Below are positions 1 through 13,451 of a DNA stretch of 64,000 nt, in pieces (the stretch's first letter is position 1; each line of letters begins with the position of its first letter). The translations under genes were made by a program, and so were the position numbers. The notes under the pieces were generated by a model. The model had not been told where the DNA came from. It searched no databases and saw nothing but the letters and a program-made list of their open reading frames with translations. The stretch lies in assembly GCA_976226885.1 (NCBI GenBank), contig OZ320316.1, positions 84,816,001-84,880,000 on the forward strand. Reading direction: 5' to 3'. Origin of the DNA: Iphione sp. A-MEVVRFRX5. Taxonomy: Eukaryota.

Positions 1-3000
1 CATGCAATGATACACCGTTATCAAATACCAGCACATGCTAGTCCTCAGGGAGGAGCTTACACAACCGTACACTTTTGTTTACAATCGGAAAGTTTTAGAT
101 TTTTCCGTCCAATGTAGGGATCACGTGTAAATGTATGTCTGTGGACTTCTTTTATACCCATGCATGTTCGGATGCGTCACTAGAAAAGCTTAAACTTGAA
201 GTACTTCCTTCAGTTTGATTTCCCTAAATTGGCTGGTTGTCATTCGTATCGGAATAACCAGTTCCTCTCTACTTCAGCGTTGTTTCGACCTCAAGTCGTT
301 CATGCTAGCAAAGGTCTGCGTGTCAAAAACCTGATTTTCAGCAGTTTCGTATTGGAAGTGCTCAAAACTGCTTGTACAGATAAGATTTACAATTTTTTTG
401 CCATAAATTTCTAACCAAGAACATTTTTTCGCTTCTAAAATATGGAGTAATGAAAGCGCATACATTCGCTTAAAGCTTACCACATAGAGGCATGTGGGAT
501 TGATTCGTGAAAAAGAAGCAGAGCGGTGCTGGGTAAAAGATAGAAGCAGGGCGGTTGTTGCTTCCTGTAAAAGAGCGAACAGAAGTCTCCGCAGGGAATC
601 AAACAGATCTTTGAGGTGGAAATAGAACTATCAAACGCAGCAAACGGAATATGACATGTGACACAGGAAGAAGTTTCTTCCGAGCGTGCACAATGCAACA
701 CTAATATAGGCCCACAAACAATTGTAAAAAACAGGAGCTTTGTAACTGAAGGAGGACTGCAAGCAGTTCACTAAGTAAGCTTTATCTGGGATGTCTACAT
801 ACAACCATTCCTAACAACACACACATACGGATAGCACTTTGTCATGTGTATAAACCTCAAAGGCGGAGTGTGAAGCAGATTAAAAAATGTCGTAACTTGA
901 ACAAAGAGTAACGGACAATATTCATTGACAGGAGTAGTAGGTATAGATGGTCACAAATGTTTCTACACCTACCTTCACCATACCTCTGTCTAGAACAGGG
1001 AAGAAAAAAAGAAATTTTGACTTTTAATTTCCATCACATTGATAGGTTGTTTGCTGTAGAGAATTCTCCTTGATACTAGAAACGTTCGTAATTTATATTA
1101 TAATAAACTTATCTTAAACACATTAGAATCGGACCAAGAAAACAACTGATTTTAACACGAATGACAAATTTAAATGATAAACACTTTGGCAATAGTAATT
1201 AATTTTTCAATTTGGCGAGGGCCGAACTACATTGGATATTAGAACTGTTTTCTTTAGGTGTTTGATATCACTTATGACAGGCCGAATTAGTCGCACATCC
1301 CGCTCGTCTTGATATTTATTTGGATTGATCAAATCAATTTGATTATTTTGAGATAAAGTTTCGTTAGAATGATTTTGGCATAAGTCAACTAAATAAAAGG
1401 GTGACTCTCCGTATTATTGGAAGGCCTGTTTAGAAAGTCGCTGAAGCAACACTCAGCACGTGTTGAGCCAGCTCACTTACTCATTACCACCACCGCCTCT
1501 GGGCTTTATATCCAACATTTTGATCCGTTCAATGGTGCCATCCTTTATTTTGGACTAAATTGCAAGCTCTCTGAGTCGGTTAATTACATCGACAATCAAA
1601 GGGTTTGTAATCATTCTGACGCACATTCAATTCGTCGTACAGAAATAAAAAAACTACAATTTTGATTTCAGATTCTCACCGCAAATGAAATGAGGGTGGG
1701 GCGGACTACTACATAAACAACTGGCTTTGGAGAAAGTCGAAATCGAGACAGATGATACATCAATTTGTAACAGGCCACATAATCAGATCTAAGTACAAAA
1801 CTCACACGGGGAGTACTACTGAGCTTTTGAAGGCTGGACTATAAAACAACAAACACACTGAGAGAGGAGCTAACTAAACACTGAATTATGAGGGCAGGTA
1901 TACGACGAAATCGGTCGAATAATAAACATAGATGTCACAGAATGTATATTATGCACTTCGTGTCGCATATAAAATTTGTAGATTTGATTTCTGAAACATG
2001 CCCCATATACACTGCATATTGCTTGTGAACCGCCGAACATTTCTTTATCAGTACCTTCATTATTGTTGACGACCTCAGCGGCAGTAAAGAATACCGAATT
2101 AAGGAATTCTGAATATTTGATTTTATAGTACGAACCAATTTGGTCCCTAATTTGAGTTATCGGAAGTAGGTCCTTCTGATTTAGTTCACGTCGACTAGGG
2201 GAGCTGACAACACACATTCTAGTCAGAGGCTTTTGTAATATGCAACCATCTATTGTTCTTTTTAGCACAGAGTGTAGTACTAATGAAATTGCCAGTCGTG
2301 CATGGCTTTCTTGGTGTCTCATGTTGATTCAATCTGCATATTTCCATCCGATCTGATTCATCGTCAAGCATTCCACAGACGTCCACTATAAAATAGACAG
2401 TCAGCATCTGTCTCTCAAGTGAAAATATCTCAAGGCAAAGGATGTTGTCATTTCTAAAAGAAACTGACCTATTTCTTGTCTGAGATCCCTAGTAAGCTGA
2501 CAACACAAATCTATTGAATTAGCCTCCCACTGACATGACTAACTTAAACAGAAACTAACCGGTCTCTATGCACATGTACCTGCACTCATTGGCCTTGAAG
2601 AGCAAGTATCACTTGTCCATAGCCAATTCGAATATGTACCTCGAATGTTGACAATACACGCGTTGTGTATTTTCCCATCTAACTGAAGGTTCTAGATCTT
2701 CAATAATTACGTTATATGAATATAGGAAAGAGGATTTTACCCCGGTGCATTTTGTACTGATCCGACTATTCTATTAAAACATTCATTTTCTTTTTAATCG
2801 ACTACCTGGAGATCAATCTGATTAAGTGTCACATTTCTTCAAGAAATGGATGACAAACTTTGACATGCTGATAACTTACAGAATATGTATTCCTGTGGAC
2901 GTAGTCGTCCAATAAATTAAGACTTTCTTACACATTCATTCGAGTGATATATCTTGTCTTCATACCCATTGCTCTTTAGTTTTGGTTCTGTTCTCGTCTT

Positions 3001-6000
3001 ACGATATGCATCACAATTGATATGTAGTCATCTACTTTTCTGCTGCCACAAACAAAGAAGCTGCAATATTCTTCATTCTTGGTGCGTAAATGTATCACAT
3101 ATTCGAGGTCAATATATATGAATATATTTGACTTACAGGAATGGAAAAATCGCAACAGTGCATCAGTTTTCCAAGTACGTGTAATCCCAGGCGCAGATTC
3201 CCCATATAACCTTGTGCAACTCTCGTGCCATGGTTGACCCAAACCGACCTATCTATGTTACGATGTTCACTAGCAAAGACGGAGTCGGCGTGGTGTTTAG
3301 ATAAAGGAAGGCCAGCATGAACCGAGGGAAGGGTCGAAAACATTTCATGATTTAAGGACGCAGGCTTTAAGTGTTCCATCAAATTATGGAAATTGGATCT
3401 AATTCAGCCTCATCATGGCTCGGGAGCGCCGCAGCTTAGCTAGCTTCTTTCATGTCAGGTCGCCGTTATTGGATTATTTACACGGCAGTGTGCCAGGCAG
3501 TGACCCGCTTATCTATCGCTGAAGCCAGACGACCGGTGCTCGCTGACCTAATGCCGGCAAGATGTGCAAAGCAAGCCCCTTACCGCCACCCACTCATCCT
3601 CCCCACAGCAAACAAACGCCTTCTGAACTCATGCTGTCATGCTTAACTCTTAAAAAATGTGCCCTGTCTCTGTAAAATATGTGTAAATTGCTGGAAGCAC
3701 AACATGACCAGTTTTCAAGAAAAGGCATGCCCCCCATTCCTTAATTATGTCTAAAAAATGTTTAGTGTTAGACCCGCTATCGAAGTTCACCTAACAGAGC
3801 GCAGTGGTACAAATTTAATTTGCGTTGCCTTCATATTGTAAATTTGATTTTGAAGATGATAGTGAAACTTGGCTGTTTGTACGTATCAGGCCTCCTTAAA
3901 ATCTTTTCAGTCAATCCGTGTGCGTAAACTTATCTCTCTTTGTGCCGCAGTGGCTCTGCTTCTTTAGGATTCGCCAGTGTCGCCCCCTGGTTCAGTATTG
4001 CAGAAGCGCATGGCGCCAGACAGCAGTGGCAACAACGCGACACCTAACGGATATTCTACAAAGCAAATTCAAACCTGAAACAGTGAGCCGTAGCGTGTGG
4101 TAATATAACTATCTAGTCAATATGATTTGATGAGTGAAGTGCCTCTTTTAATTAATGAAAGCTTTTTTTATCGAGCGTGAAAACCACCGGCTTACTTTTT
4201 ATACTAATATGAATTCCTCATTTGAGGTCTCAGAAATGTACGCTCTTTAATTACAAAATGAAATTAGGTTTGTTTTTCATGTCTCGATGGGTACAGCTCT
4301 CTGAAATTTGCAACGGCGCTGCTGTTATTTTCATCCAGTAGTGTTCATCCGCGATGCCTAGAATATACATGTACACGTAATGCATACATGATTTTACATG
4401 TGCACGTAGGTTAGTGTTATGGAACACACGTGTGCGCCGTGACGGTTACGTGCAGGAGCGCATTTTGAGCAGGTTATATCAAGACATTTGCTCCGTATAC
4501 ACACGATGATCATTATATTGCGCAAGGGAATCGAATTGCCGTCTCTGGTGGTGGTAGTAAGGTGGTCACTGACACATCAGGTGTACCTCAACCACTGAGG
4601 GCAAAAGGGCAGATAGATTTGTCGCCGGGCGCGTGCCGGAGGCCTGCCGACCGCCTCTTGCCGCTGGGACGACGACAGAGTGAAACAATATGCAGGCACA
4701 CAGCCAGTCGTGTGATTAATAACGAGACGGCGTTCACCGTCCTCGCTCTCGCCCCTCCTCTATGCAATGAACAAACATGTCGACGTCTGCAGAATACTAA
4801 TGGCGGGCGGTCGAGAAGCTGGCTCGGTTCCTAGTTAGTTCTGGGAAGCGTCCCTCCCAGCTCTGCAGGCGGCACCTCCGGTGGCCCATTCACCCCCCTC
4901 ATCCTTTCTGCACCCGCTCTCACTTTCTATTGTCATTCTAAGCCAACTCTTTGGCTACTTTAGCCCCACTTTCCGGCAATGGGCAAGGCCTAGCATGCTG
5001 AACGAGGCAACTTTGTGATTGGACTATTTATCTTTTGGACTCTTCAGCCATCTGAGTCAATATGACGCAGGCATTTATGCATAGGTTGCGGCTGCCCCGA
5101 TCAGCGATGCCTCATAATCTACCTCAGATTCATGAATAGAGTAAAGAAAATCAGATGGTTAGAAGGGCACACGAAATGGGGTCACGTCATATGGTAATTG
5201 CTTGGATTGAAAAAATATACCGAAACATCACGGGCCAAATAGATATGAATGATATATATTCAACATTGTGCAAAGGTTTCCTTATCGCCCAAAACATGTG
5301 CATGACAACAAAAGGCATATCCTCTATATCAGATGAATTTATTAACAATATATTTGGAAGAAACTTTTTGAAAAAATACGATATATCATGTTGCTAACTG
5401 TTTGCATGCTCAGGCAAAATTTTTAAATGCTGGCAAATAATTATAATAAGCCATCTTGATAAATACCCCGATTTTAAGGAAGCTACTGCAGTGATTTCAT
5501 CAGTTTGCTTCCCTGTCTTGTGGCATTACTTGACGTGAGCAGTAGCGTTTCATTCGATTTTGTTCATTGTGATTCATATGGAGGGGTGTCCCCTTTTTGT
5601 TATCTAAGAGATTAAAAGATTTTAAGCGGCTTTGCCCGTGGCAAGTCTCGAACATGTCAAGTATCTTGATGTGTGTTTTACTTTAAGATCCCCCGTCTGT
5701 CAATGGTGTTGGAGACTCTATAAGAGGAAAGGGCCTTGCCTTCATGATCAGATTAACATCTTTCTTCAAAAGAAGTCTAAGAGAGTGGGATGCATCCTAT
5801 TTTTGGCCCCGCATGTACAAACGGCCGCCAAGGGGCAGGGTATAAAAGAAAGACACCTTTGTGAGGGGAAGCGGGAATCACATTCAGTCTCCCTTGGGTA
5901 TGACATATAGGCTCTGTGCGTTTGTTTCTGTATCTCCCCGCCTGTATCGTCATCTGGATCTCTCCGGCAGTTTGCTCTCCGTCTAGATTGCTCTATCCCT

Positions 6001-7046
6001 CTGTATATCTTATCTTACATTTCTGTCGCCTGCCATAGAAGAGACATCCTACACAACTTTACAATTGCATTGTTTCTACAAGTATATGGACACCCTGGGG
6101 CTGCTGGTAAAAGAAGGACAAAAACGTATATTCATTTAGAATGTTCCTCTTATGTATGCTATCCTTTCTATCACGTCTGGCAACAATATCAGTTTAATCC
6201 ATTTATCTCCAAATAATCCGTTAGTATTTAGAATGCCAGCTGTTTTCTCCAGTGTAGAAAATTAGTACTCAATAATAATGAGATTTATTAAATAGCTAGG
6301 AAAGCCAATCTTTAAAGTTGATCTCATCATTGTGCGTCTGATAAGGTATTATCCAGCTACCAGCCGCGGAGATATATATGGCGCCCGGACAGGTTCGATA
6401 GGAACCTACTTTGGTCAGGTGGAAAATCTGTCAGACTCTCAATTAATGCGGAAAATGAAAAAAAAAACATTTTCTTATCCTCTGTTCCGCATATATCGTT
6501 GCTAAAATATAATCATCCCGCAAAACCGTATTTCTCCCTTAGCTAGCATGTAACATGTAAATCCTCAGCCATGGTAGTAGTGCTCACATACATTCCCACT
6601 TTCTAACATTGATAGCTCTAGCTCTGTGTTTACATGTCACACAAAGACGTCAATATTATAAGGTTGCTTTAATTCATAGCATCGAAAATGCATGTACATA
6701 TTATGGAATTGTTGTGTGTAATCTTACTATGAAATCCTTCATTTACCATCCCTCCAAATAGAAAATCATTGCATTGAACCTCTCTAACTAGTTTATTTGG
6801 TGGGTTGGCTAATACGAGATGGATGGCGGTGGGGGGAAATTTATTTTTGTGCTTGTCTCTCTAGGTGTTGGATTTCACATGCCAACATAAGTATGTGAAA
6901 CTGCCTAAATTCACCCAAGTCAAGCAGCAAGAATGTCAGTTAAGACTTGAAATAAGCAACATGACGTTTGTGTGGAGCTAAGTGCCATGATCAAGTGATG
7001 TAGGTGACACAGAAAAGTAATACACAACTCTACAGAGGGTTACATA

Positions 7047-7315
7047 GGTGTCAGTGGTCTAGCGGGTTAGTGTACCAATATCCACGTTGGCAACATGGGT
7101 TTGAATCCTCAAAGTGATTCGGAAAACCAACAGATTGATTTGGAGCGGCAAACCAGTGGTGGGTATGTAGGTGTGTGTTGGGTGTGTGTGAAAGATTATT
7201 TGGATAACCTGTAAAGTAGACATGCCAAGAGAACAATAGCAGGTCGTCTTAATACAAACCGTGCAGTACGTGATATATTCGCCCACTTCCCCATATAGGG
7301 CTAAAGATAAAAACG
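7047..7315 (+). mobile_element. Decayed tRNA-derived SINE
   Basis: A-box-like TGGTCTAGCGG (7055-7065) and B-box-like GGTTTGAATCC (7098-7108) at tRNA spacing. The sequence does not form a clean cloverleaf. The 3' boundary is approximate. Confidence 0.55.
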
Positions 7316-10300
7316 ATCACAGTGCTATGATACAGACTACATAAGACTGTACCAAATAAAATTATAACACTGCTAGACAGTACTACCCTGAGATGGTTTG
7401 CCACCTGGTGTGCTCTCACCAAACTACCGACATTAAATGCCCATGCATTCAGACCGTATGGGATTTAAGTGAGTTGGATTAAAGCCCGCTCAGGTAACAC
7501 TGCTCTTTGATCTATTCAAAGCCTTTGCAGACACGATTCGTCAGCGGATCAATGCCATCGGATCCTTGGGAATCACTGGTTCCACACAGACACAATTGAT
7601 GGGAAAAGCATGAAAAGTAATCGAAATAGGCAGTCGATCAATCGATATACATTCATGTCCCCATGGACAGACCTGGACTGACATAAATAATCCCTTCACA
7701 GGAGTAAGCATTTCATATCGTCGAGCAGGAGGAAATATTTATAAAATTTAACATCATGGTCCTGAATGTTATCAACATTCCAATCCGTCTCCATCTTGTG
7801 TAATTTATTTATAGCTACATGAGTTGGCCAACATAGAAAAACAGGCGTGCTATCTTCAATGACATGTGTGAATATTTCCCCATCGGCACTGTGAAGTCGT
7901 GGGGGAAAAGTTTATTGTAAACTCCATCAAAGACGCAGCTGAAACACAAAGGACTGTGGCTGACAGTGCTTTCCACATGCATGTTTCAAGTTCTGTGTGA
8001 AAGTGCTGCCTGCTCCACATGCTGCCATGTTCCTGCCTCCCTCTGCCAGTCTTAATTAGACTTAATCAAGGCTCCCCTGGCAGGATCTGCTTAAAAGGCG
8101 GCCTCTAAAACACCTTAGTGGCCACGGTCAGACACGAGGCCATGCCCGTTCGCCGTGTACCTGTCCTCACATAGGCACAAATTGGCCAATTAGATTGATC
8201 ATCTGTCCTGCCGCGATCCACGAAGCAAAGCGGGTTTGACGGCTCTGGTCCCTGCTGAATACAAAGGGGAGCGGTCCAGCCCGCCTGTCAGGGGCACGCC
8301 GGGCAGACGTTGAGTTCACGGCAAGGGCCATTGGAGGCACACCCCTGAGGATGAGTACCTGGAAAGCCAAGGGAAAGGAGACGATATCTGCACACATTAG
8401 AACCTGTGGCCCACTGACCGTCTGCAGAGGACAGTTTCACTGTGAAGCGCCTTTTCTGAATATGGAAAGATTTTTTCTTGTATTGCCATAATTGTGGTCG
8501 TTTTTGACTGCGGCTATCCTCATTATCCAGGGCAATTCGATGTGAGTGGAAAACTATAGGAATTTAAGTGGCCCTCTCTATTATCTTTAATTGGACTGGT
8601 GCCAGCAACAAAATGGTTCTTTGGACTTCAATAAATGACCACTGTGGTCTCTAGTTAAGGACCTTCCAATTTAAATGATTTATTGCCAAAACCTCTGGAC
8701 TGCTTGCGTTGATGCCCGCCGGAAAATCCAGCGAGCCCTTCCCTTTAGGGTCATCGTTGGGCAGACAGGTATTTATCCAAAGAGCATCGGCCAATCAATT
8801 ATCTGGCACAGTTGGCCACATGAGTCTCACGTCTCCGCCAATCTCAGGTGTCAAGAGGTCAGCGCCGAGGAAGCCGGACACGGGCTCACCTGTGGTGACA
8901 TCCGTGTCCCGACTATGGGAACCTTTAACTGGCTGGGCAACGGAAGGGGGCGCGCACAACAACTTTGCCATCGACCTCACACCAGGCGAGCGTAGCGGCA
9001 GCAGTGAAATGGGTTTTAACTTAGCGGTGTGCCGCATACTGCGAACTGCGAGGCCACCTGGTGTTCAAGAACTGTACTAGGACATGGTGAGCGGCGGCGA
9101 AAATAGGATTGGATTTTCCCCAGATTGCAAGAATTAAATGAACATCACGTATATGCTAACTCGTTTCACATTCCCCGTCCCATCATATATGTTGTTTTCG
9201 TTGAAAAAAAAACCATCATTTATATTCACGTTTAAATAACTAATCTTTCTCCGCTCAGCATCTTTCCAGAATTCCTTCTCAGTGTCTCCCTCTGGTGTTA
9301 CAAGACCGCAACAAAAAGAAGACGTTCTCAGATACAAAATTGAAATAAGAGAGCAATACCACAATAAACATATCAAGGGCAGAAAGAAAATTGTGACCGA
9401 GTATTGTTAAGTTATGGGAGCATTGACTTTTACCAATTTGCGATTTCTGTGCTTGAATGCAACGGGATACATCTCAAGTAGCACAGTGAAAATTTCTCTC
9501 TATGCACGGGTACTGCCACTTTATTAAAATGCAATATTTAACCCCATATGCACTGAAATACTGTATCTTTACAGCAGCCATAGGTCGCAAGGCTTAGTTT
9601 CCAGTTTCATTGCTTAACCGTGGCTGGGCGTGTCTTACCAGTGTATGTACATGTATTTGTAAATACAGCGTCATACATCACACGATGCGACGTAACTGGA
9701 CCGTGGCCGAGATTTCGGGCAAACAGTTATTCGAATACATAACTCAATCTAGATGTGACTGATGGAGTTACACGCATGTGAAAGAGCATACCTTTGCCGC
9801 AAGCGTCTTCACAAAAGCGAATAAACTCTTATCTTCTTTTGCTGCTAACGTTTCAGGAAGATATCTTTTGAATGCGAGTCGAATTTAATCTACTCTGATA
9901 GTCAAAGAAGAGTTTCCATTAGCTGGTTCAAATGAGTGCCGACTTTTGTGCTGTATGGTATTTTGTTAACTGCAAGCAAAGCGATTAATTGAAATAGAGT
10001 CCACGAGATGAGATGCATAGCCATCTCAAGTAGGAGAACGCTCCAATAACCCCATCACAAAACGGCCCAGGTGGGACGAGGATTCCCTTCATCCCAGCGG
10101 GAAGAGGATGCCGTTTCACACCCTACGGCTTCTCTTACCTGACAGTCCTCCAGTGACAATGTCTCCAGCGGAGCGTATAATGGGATTATTCGTGGCGAGC
10201 ACCTGTCCCTCTCCAGGCGGACCCGGAGGGTTTTAATCAGCCCGGTACCTGTAAGCGTACGCTTATCTAATTATATTGGGCGCCTGGTAATTGTCAATGT

Positions 10301-13296
10301 GATAGGGGGCGGAGAGCATACCTCGACGTACCTGCGGGAATCGTGTACAAGGCATGCTACCATGGCAACAGGATTAATTGAATCTCAGACGTCGGTTTCC
10401 CCAAGAACACATGCCGCCGAACTCTAATTGATGTTTAACACAAGAATCATTCAAAAGGACCACATCAGGGACGTTGTCATCCATATGTTTTCGAGCGATC
10501 ATGGTGCATCCTTGGTATACCACACCGGCATATAGGCCTACATGTACTGCAATGTGGCCCATTGACCAATAATTGCATTTCAACTGGGAACTGATCAAAT
10601 GATAAATTATGTAATATTTATCCATTCTTACTGGTCACACTAATTTAAACCTATTTTCAATTGATTCCAAAATGTCCAAATCGATTCACCACTTCGTACG
10701 GACGGGGAATTAAGACACCCCCTTTTCTTGCGCACACGCATTTCCGTACGTTGAACGTTTCCCGGGGAGAATTTTGAAGGGATTGTACATCAACTCCACA
10801 AAGTTATACTAGAGGGCTAGCTATAAATATGTTTTATATCAAGGAAATGTCAATCTTTTTGGGGATCTCAAGAACCCGGAGGTCTAGATAAATGTGCCGA
10901 TGCTATTGCGGCACTTGGTGTTCTGTTTCACGGCTCTTTGAATATATCAAATAACTGGGGATAAGCCGATAGATTCAGTATCCATCGACAGGCGCTGCAT
11001 CGTCCATTCATTCGGCTGGCTTCGGGCGCCTGCAATGGTCTTAGAAGGCTGTGGTGTGCAGCCGCCCGATGCATGGGATCTCAATGGACCGGCCGGACGG
11101 CTATGGACCTCTGCGTTTGATCAGCACGAATGCTCTGTCCTCAATACATCGAAAAGAGGCCTCTTACGTCAGCGTTCCTAACCCTTCATACATGAATTAG
11201 CGATGCCATAGAGGTTTAACCGGCGGGACTGTTTCAACCGTTTGAGGCCATGGTATCAAATATGCACAGGATTCCAGTGTAGATCGATTCCGGATAGTTG
11301 AGTTCTCTAGCAGGCATCAGCGTCCCTTCATGGGCCTTCCTGATTTTATGGGTATTTAACCCTTTAACTGCCTGTCGACATGTGAAACACCTAATATCCC
11401 AGCGTTGTAAGAACAGGGTTGGACCCCGGACGCCAAAAGCATTATCCGAGCTAGAGCGCCATTTCAGACGATGTCATTTTAAGTTTGGTGTATGCCCGGC
11501 TAATGGCCAAATGACGTCATAAAGTGCTTGCCTGATAAGGACGCCAACGCATGCAGGGTGGAGGAATTTAGCAAGTATCCTCTATGGTTCGAGAAAGTCT
11601 CATAATCATTGCCTAACAAGCCCAGTCTGAGCTTACCAAATATCAGCCAATTAGCGAACACAGCCATTTCAAAGGTGAAATGCGATGAAAAAAATAGTCG
11701 AACCGAAAGTCTGTTTAAGGCAGAAATCTTGTATGGGAAAAAGAACATTTTGCCTATCCTGTCAGTTATGAAGAGCCGTCGCTGTCAGGCACCCTCGTAA
11801 AGCCAACTCAAATTGCCGATTTACACTCAGGTGTTATATCAATATTTCCCAAGGTTTAAATGGCTTTCCTGTACTAATTGGAACGAGACAATGGTAGCGG
11901 CACGTTGAGACTTTAAGACGCAGGGCTAATATTAGCTTTAGACAACTAGCGGTTGCCCATCAAAATTTGCCATGTGACAGCCATTCTATTTCATGTAAGT
12001 TTGAAGCTGTGGCAAAGACAGAATCTGCACAATCCTTGTAATATATGTTAGACTATCAAAGATGAATATCAACGCATGACTATCAAATAACTGAAACATT
12101 ATTGACACCCAAAATGTCAAGTGTGCCGAGGTACAACCTACTAAGACAACAGCGTTTAGTATTGGCGTGTTGTGTGTGTACTCCCAGCTTGGTCATAACA
12201 ACTCGGGGACACTACCTTTCGCATCGGTGAGCCTAGTCTTTGTAATCGGCGTGGCAAACAGTCAAGGCGCCCGTGAGTTTGGTAGATTAAACAATGCATT
12301 TGGTAATGTTCCTCAGGGGATTTCTCGTTATGTATGAAAGCTATAGCTATAGCTGTATACAGATCGATCTCGGTATAACATATTAACTGCTATATGCCAT
12401 ACTCTTCAGGAAATTCGGTATTAATTCGTCGGGGAATTTCGTGAGCGCTACGTGATTGTTCAAAGATGAATCTTGTCTTGAAGATAATTTCGCCTGCAGT
12501 GTTGTGCAGACGACATTTTAGAGGCACTAAATTTAAACCGGATCAACTTCAAAGGTATCCGCCGACTTTAGGCGCTAATCCCTGAAGTCGTACCCTGGTG
12601 AAGAACGCAATCATGCTGAAGATGGCTGCGACTGGCTTCTACACCTAGACCCCTATAATCAGTTCGGCGCTGTCCACCATCTATTGTACCCACCCTGTCA
12701 CCTTCAATCCTCGCTCTCTTTGAAGACCAATCTACACCTACTTGTGCCATATGTATAGCGGAGAATTTGGGTTACAGCCGACGAAAAGAAGAAAATCAGA
12801 GAACATTGTCTTTCACGTTGGCCAGAAACCCAATTACCCGCGACGACTTTAAATACATTCTAACTCCCACCTTCCTCTATTGTTCTAAAATAGATGTAAA
12901 TTTTGGCTAAAGGGCGTAAATTTGAATCCAGTCGGCACGTAGCATTGAAAGGTTGTAAACTGGGAGTAACTTAGCATACGGTATACCGACGGTAAACGGT
13001 TACCTCCACACACGTCCACAAACTACTTTGACCATCGGCATTCTATTTTTTGTATATCTATAGTGACCAGACAAAAGCCCTACTATCATCCTAGCACTGA
13101 ATACAAAGTGTTGGACGTCAGACCAGATTTTCTACGGTTATTTGAAACAAAAATAATATAAGCAGAACGCTGCACAACAGAAACGTGAAAAAATGTGGCC
13201 AAAGGGAAAATAACATAACAGGGAAAACGTCTATGCTGAGAAGAACAAAGGCAAAAACAAATGTGCATATACAAATATAAGACATAAATTAATTAT

Positions 13297-13302
13297 TTTA
13301 TT
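13297..13302 (-). terminator. Polyadenylation signal AATAAA (intronic)
   Basis: Plus-strand tttatt at 13297-13302, about 40 nt after the read-through stop. A U/GU-rich tract (tttgtttttgcctttgttctt on the minus strand) lies downstream. Confidence 0.45.
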
Positions 13303-13340
13303 GGCAAATGTATAGATCAGTTCAGCGCATGCAATTCTTA

Positions 13341-13451
13341 TTACGTAAATTTGCTATTTTTTTCACTGTGCGAAACTAAACATTGTGTGTGGTAATCCTG
13401 TGGTATGTGTTCATAGTATATAAAGACAAGGTGAGGCTTTTCTCCACTCAC
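13341..13451 (-). CDS. Intron read-through extension (36 aa, VSGEK...NSKFT*) of a putative short protocadherin isoform
   Basis: The reading frame continues past the donor to TAA at 13343-13341, followed by a second TAA. AATAAA follows at 13302-13297. Confidence 0.45.
   Translation of the reverse strand: MSGEKPHLVFIYYEHIPQDYHTQCLVSHSEKNSKFT

Noticed and set aside
7047-7115. Functional tRNA gene
   Set aside because: A and B boxes are present but the stems do not pair into a cloverleaf, so it was called a SINE head instead.
8849-9050. Candidate downstream cytoplasmic exon of the protocadherin (donor CAG|GTGAGC)
   Set aside because: The phase-0 readings from nearby acceptors hit stops quickly, and no CM1/CM2/WIRS-like motif was found.
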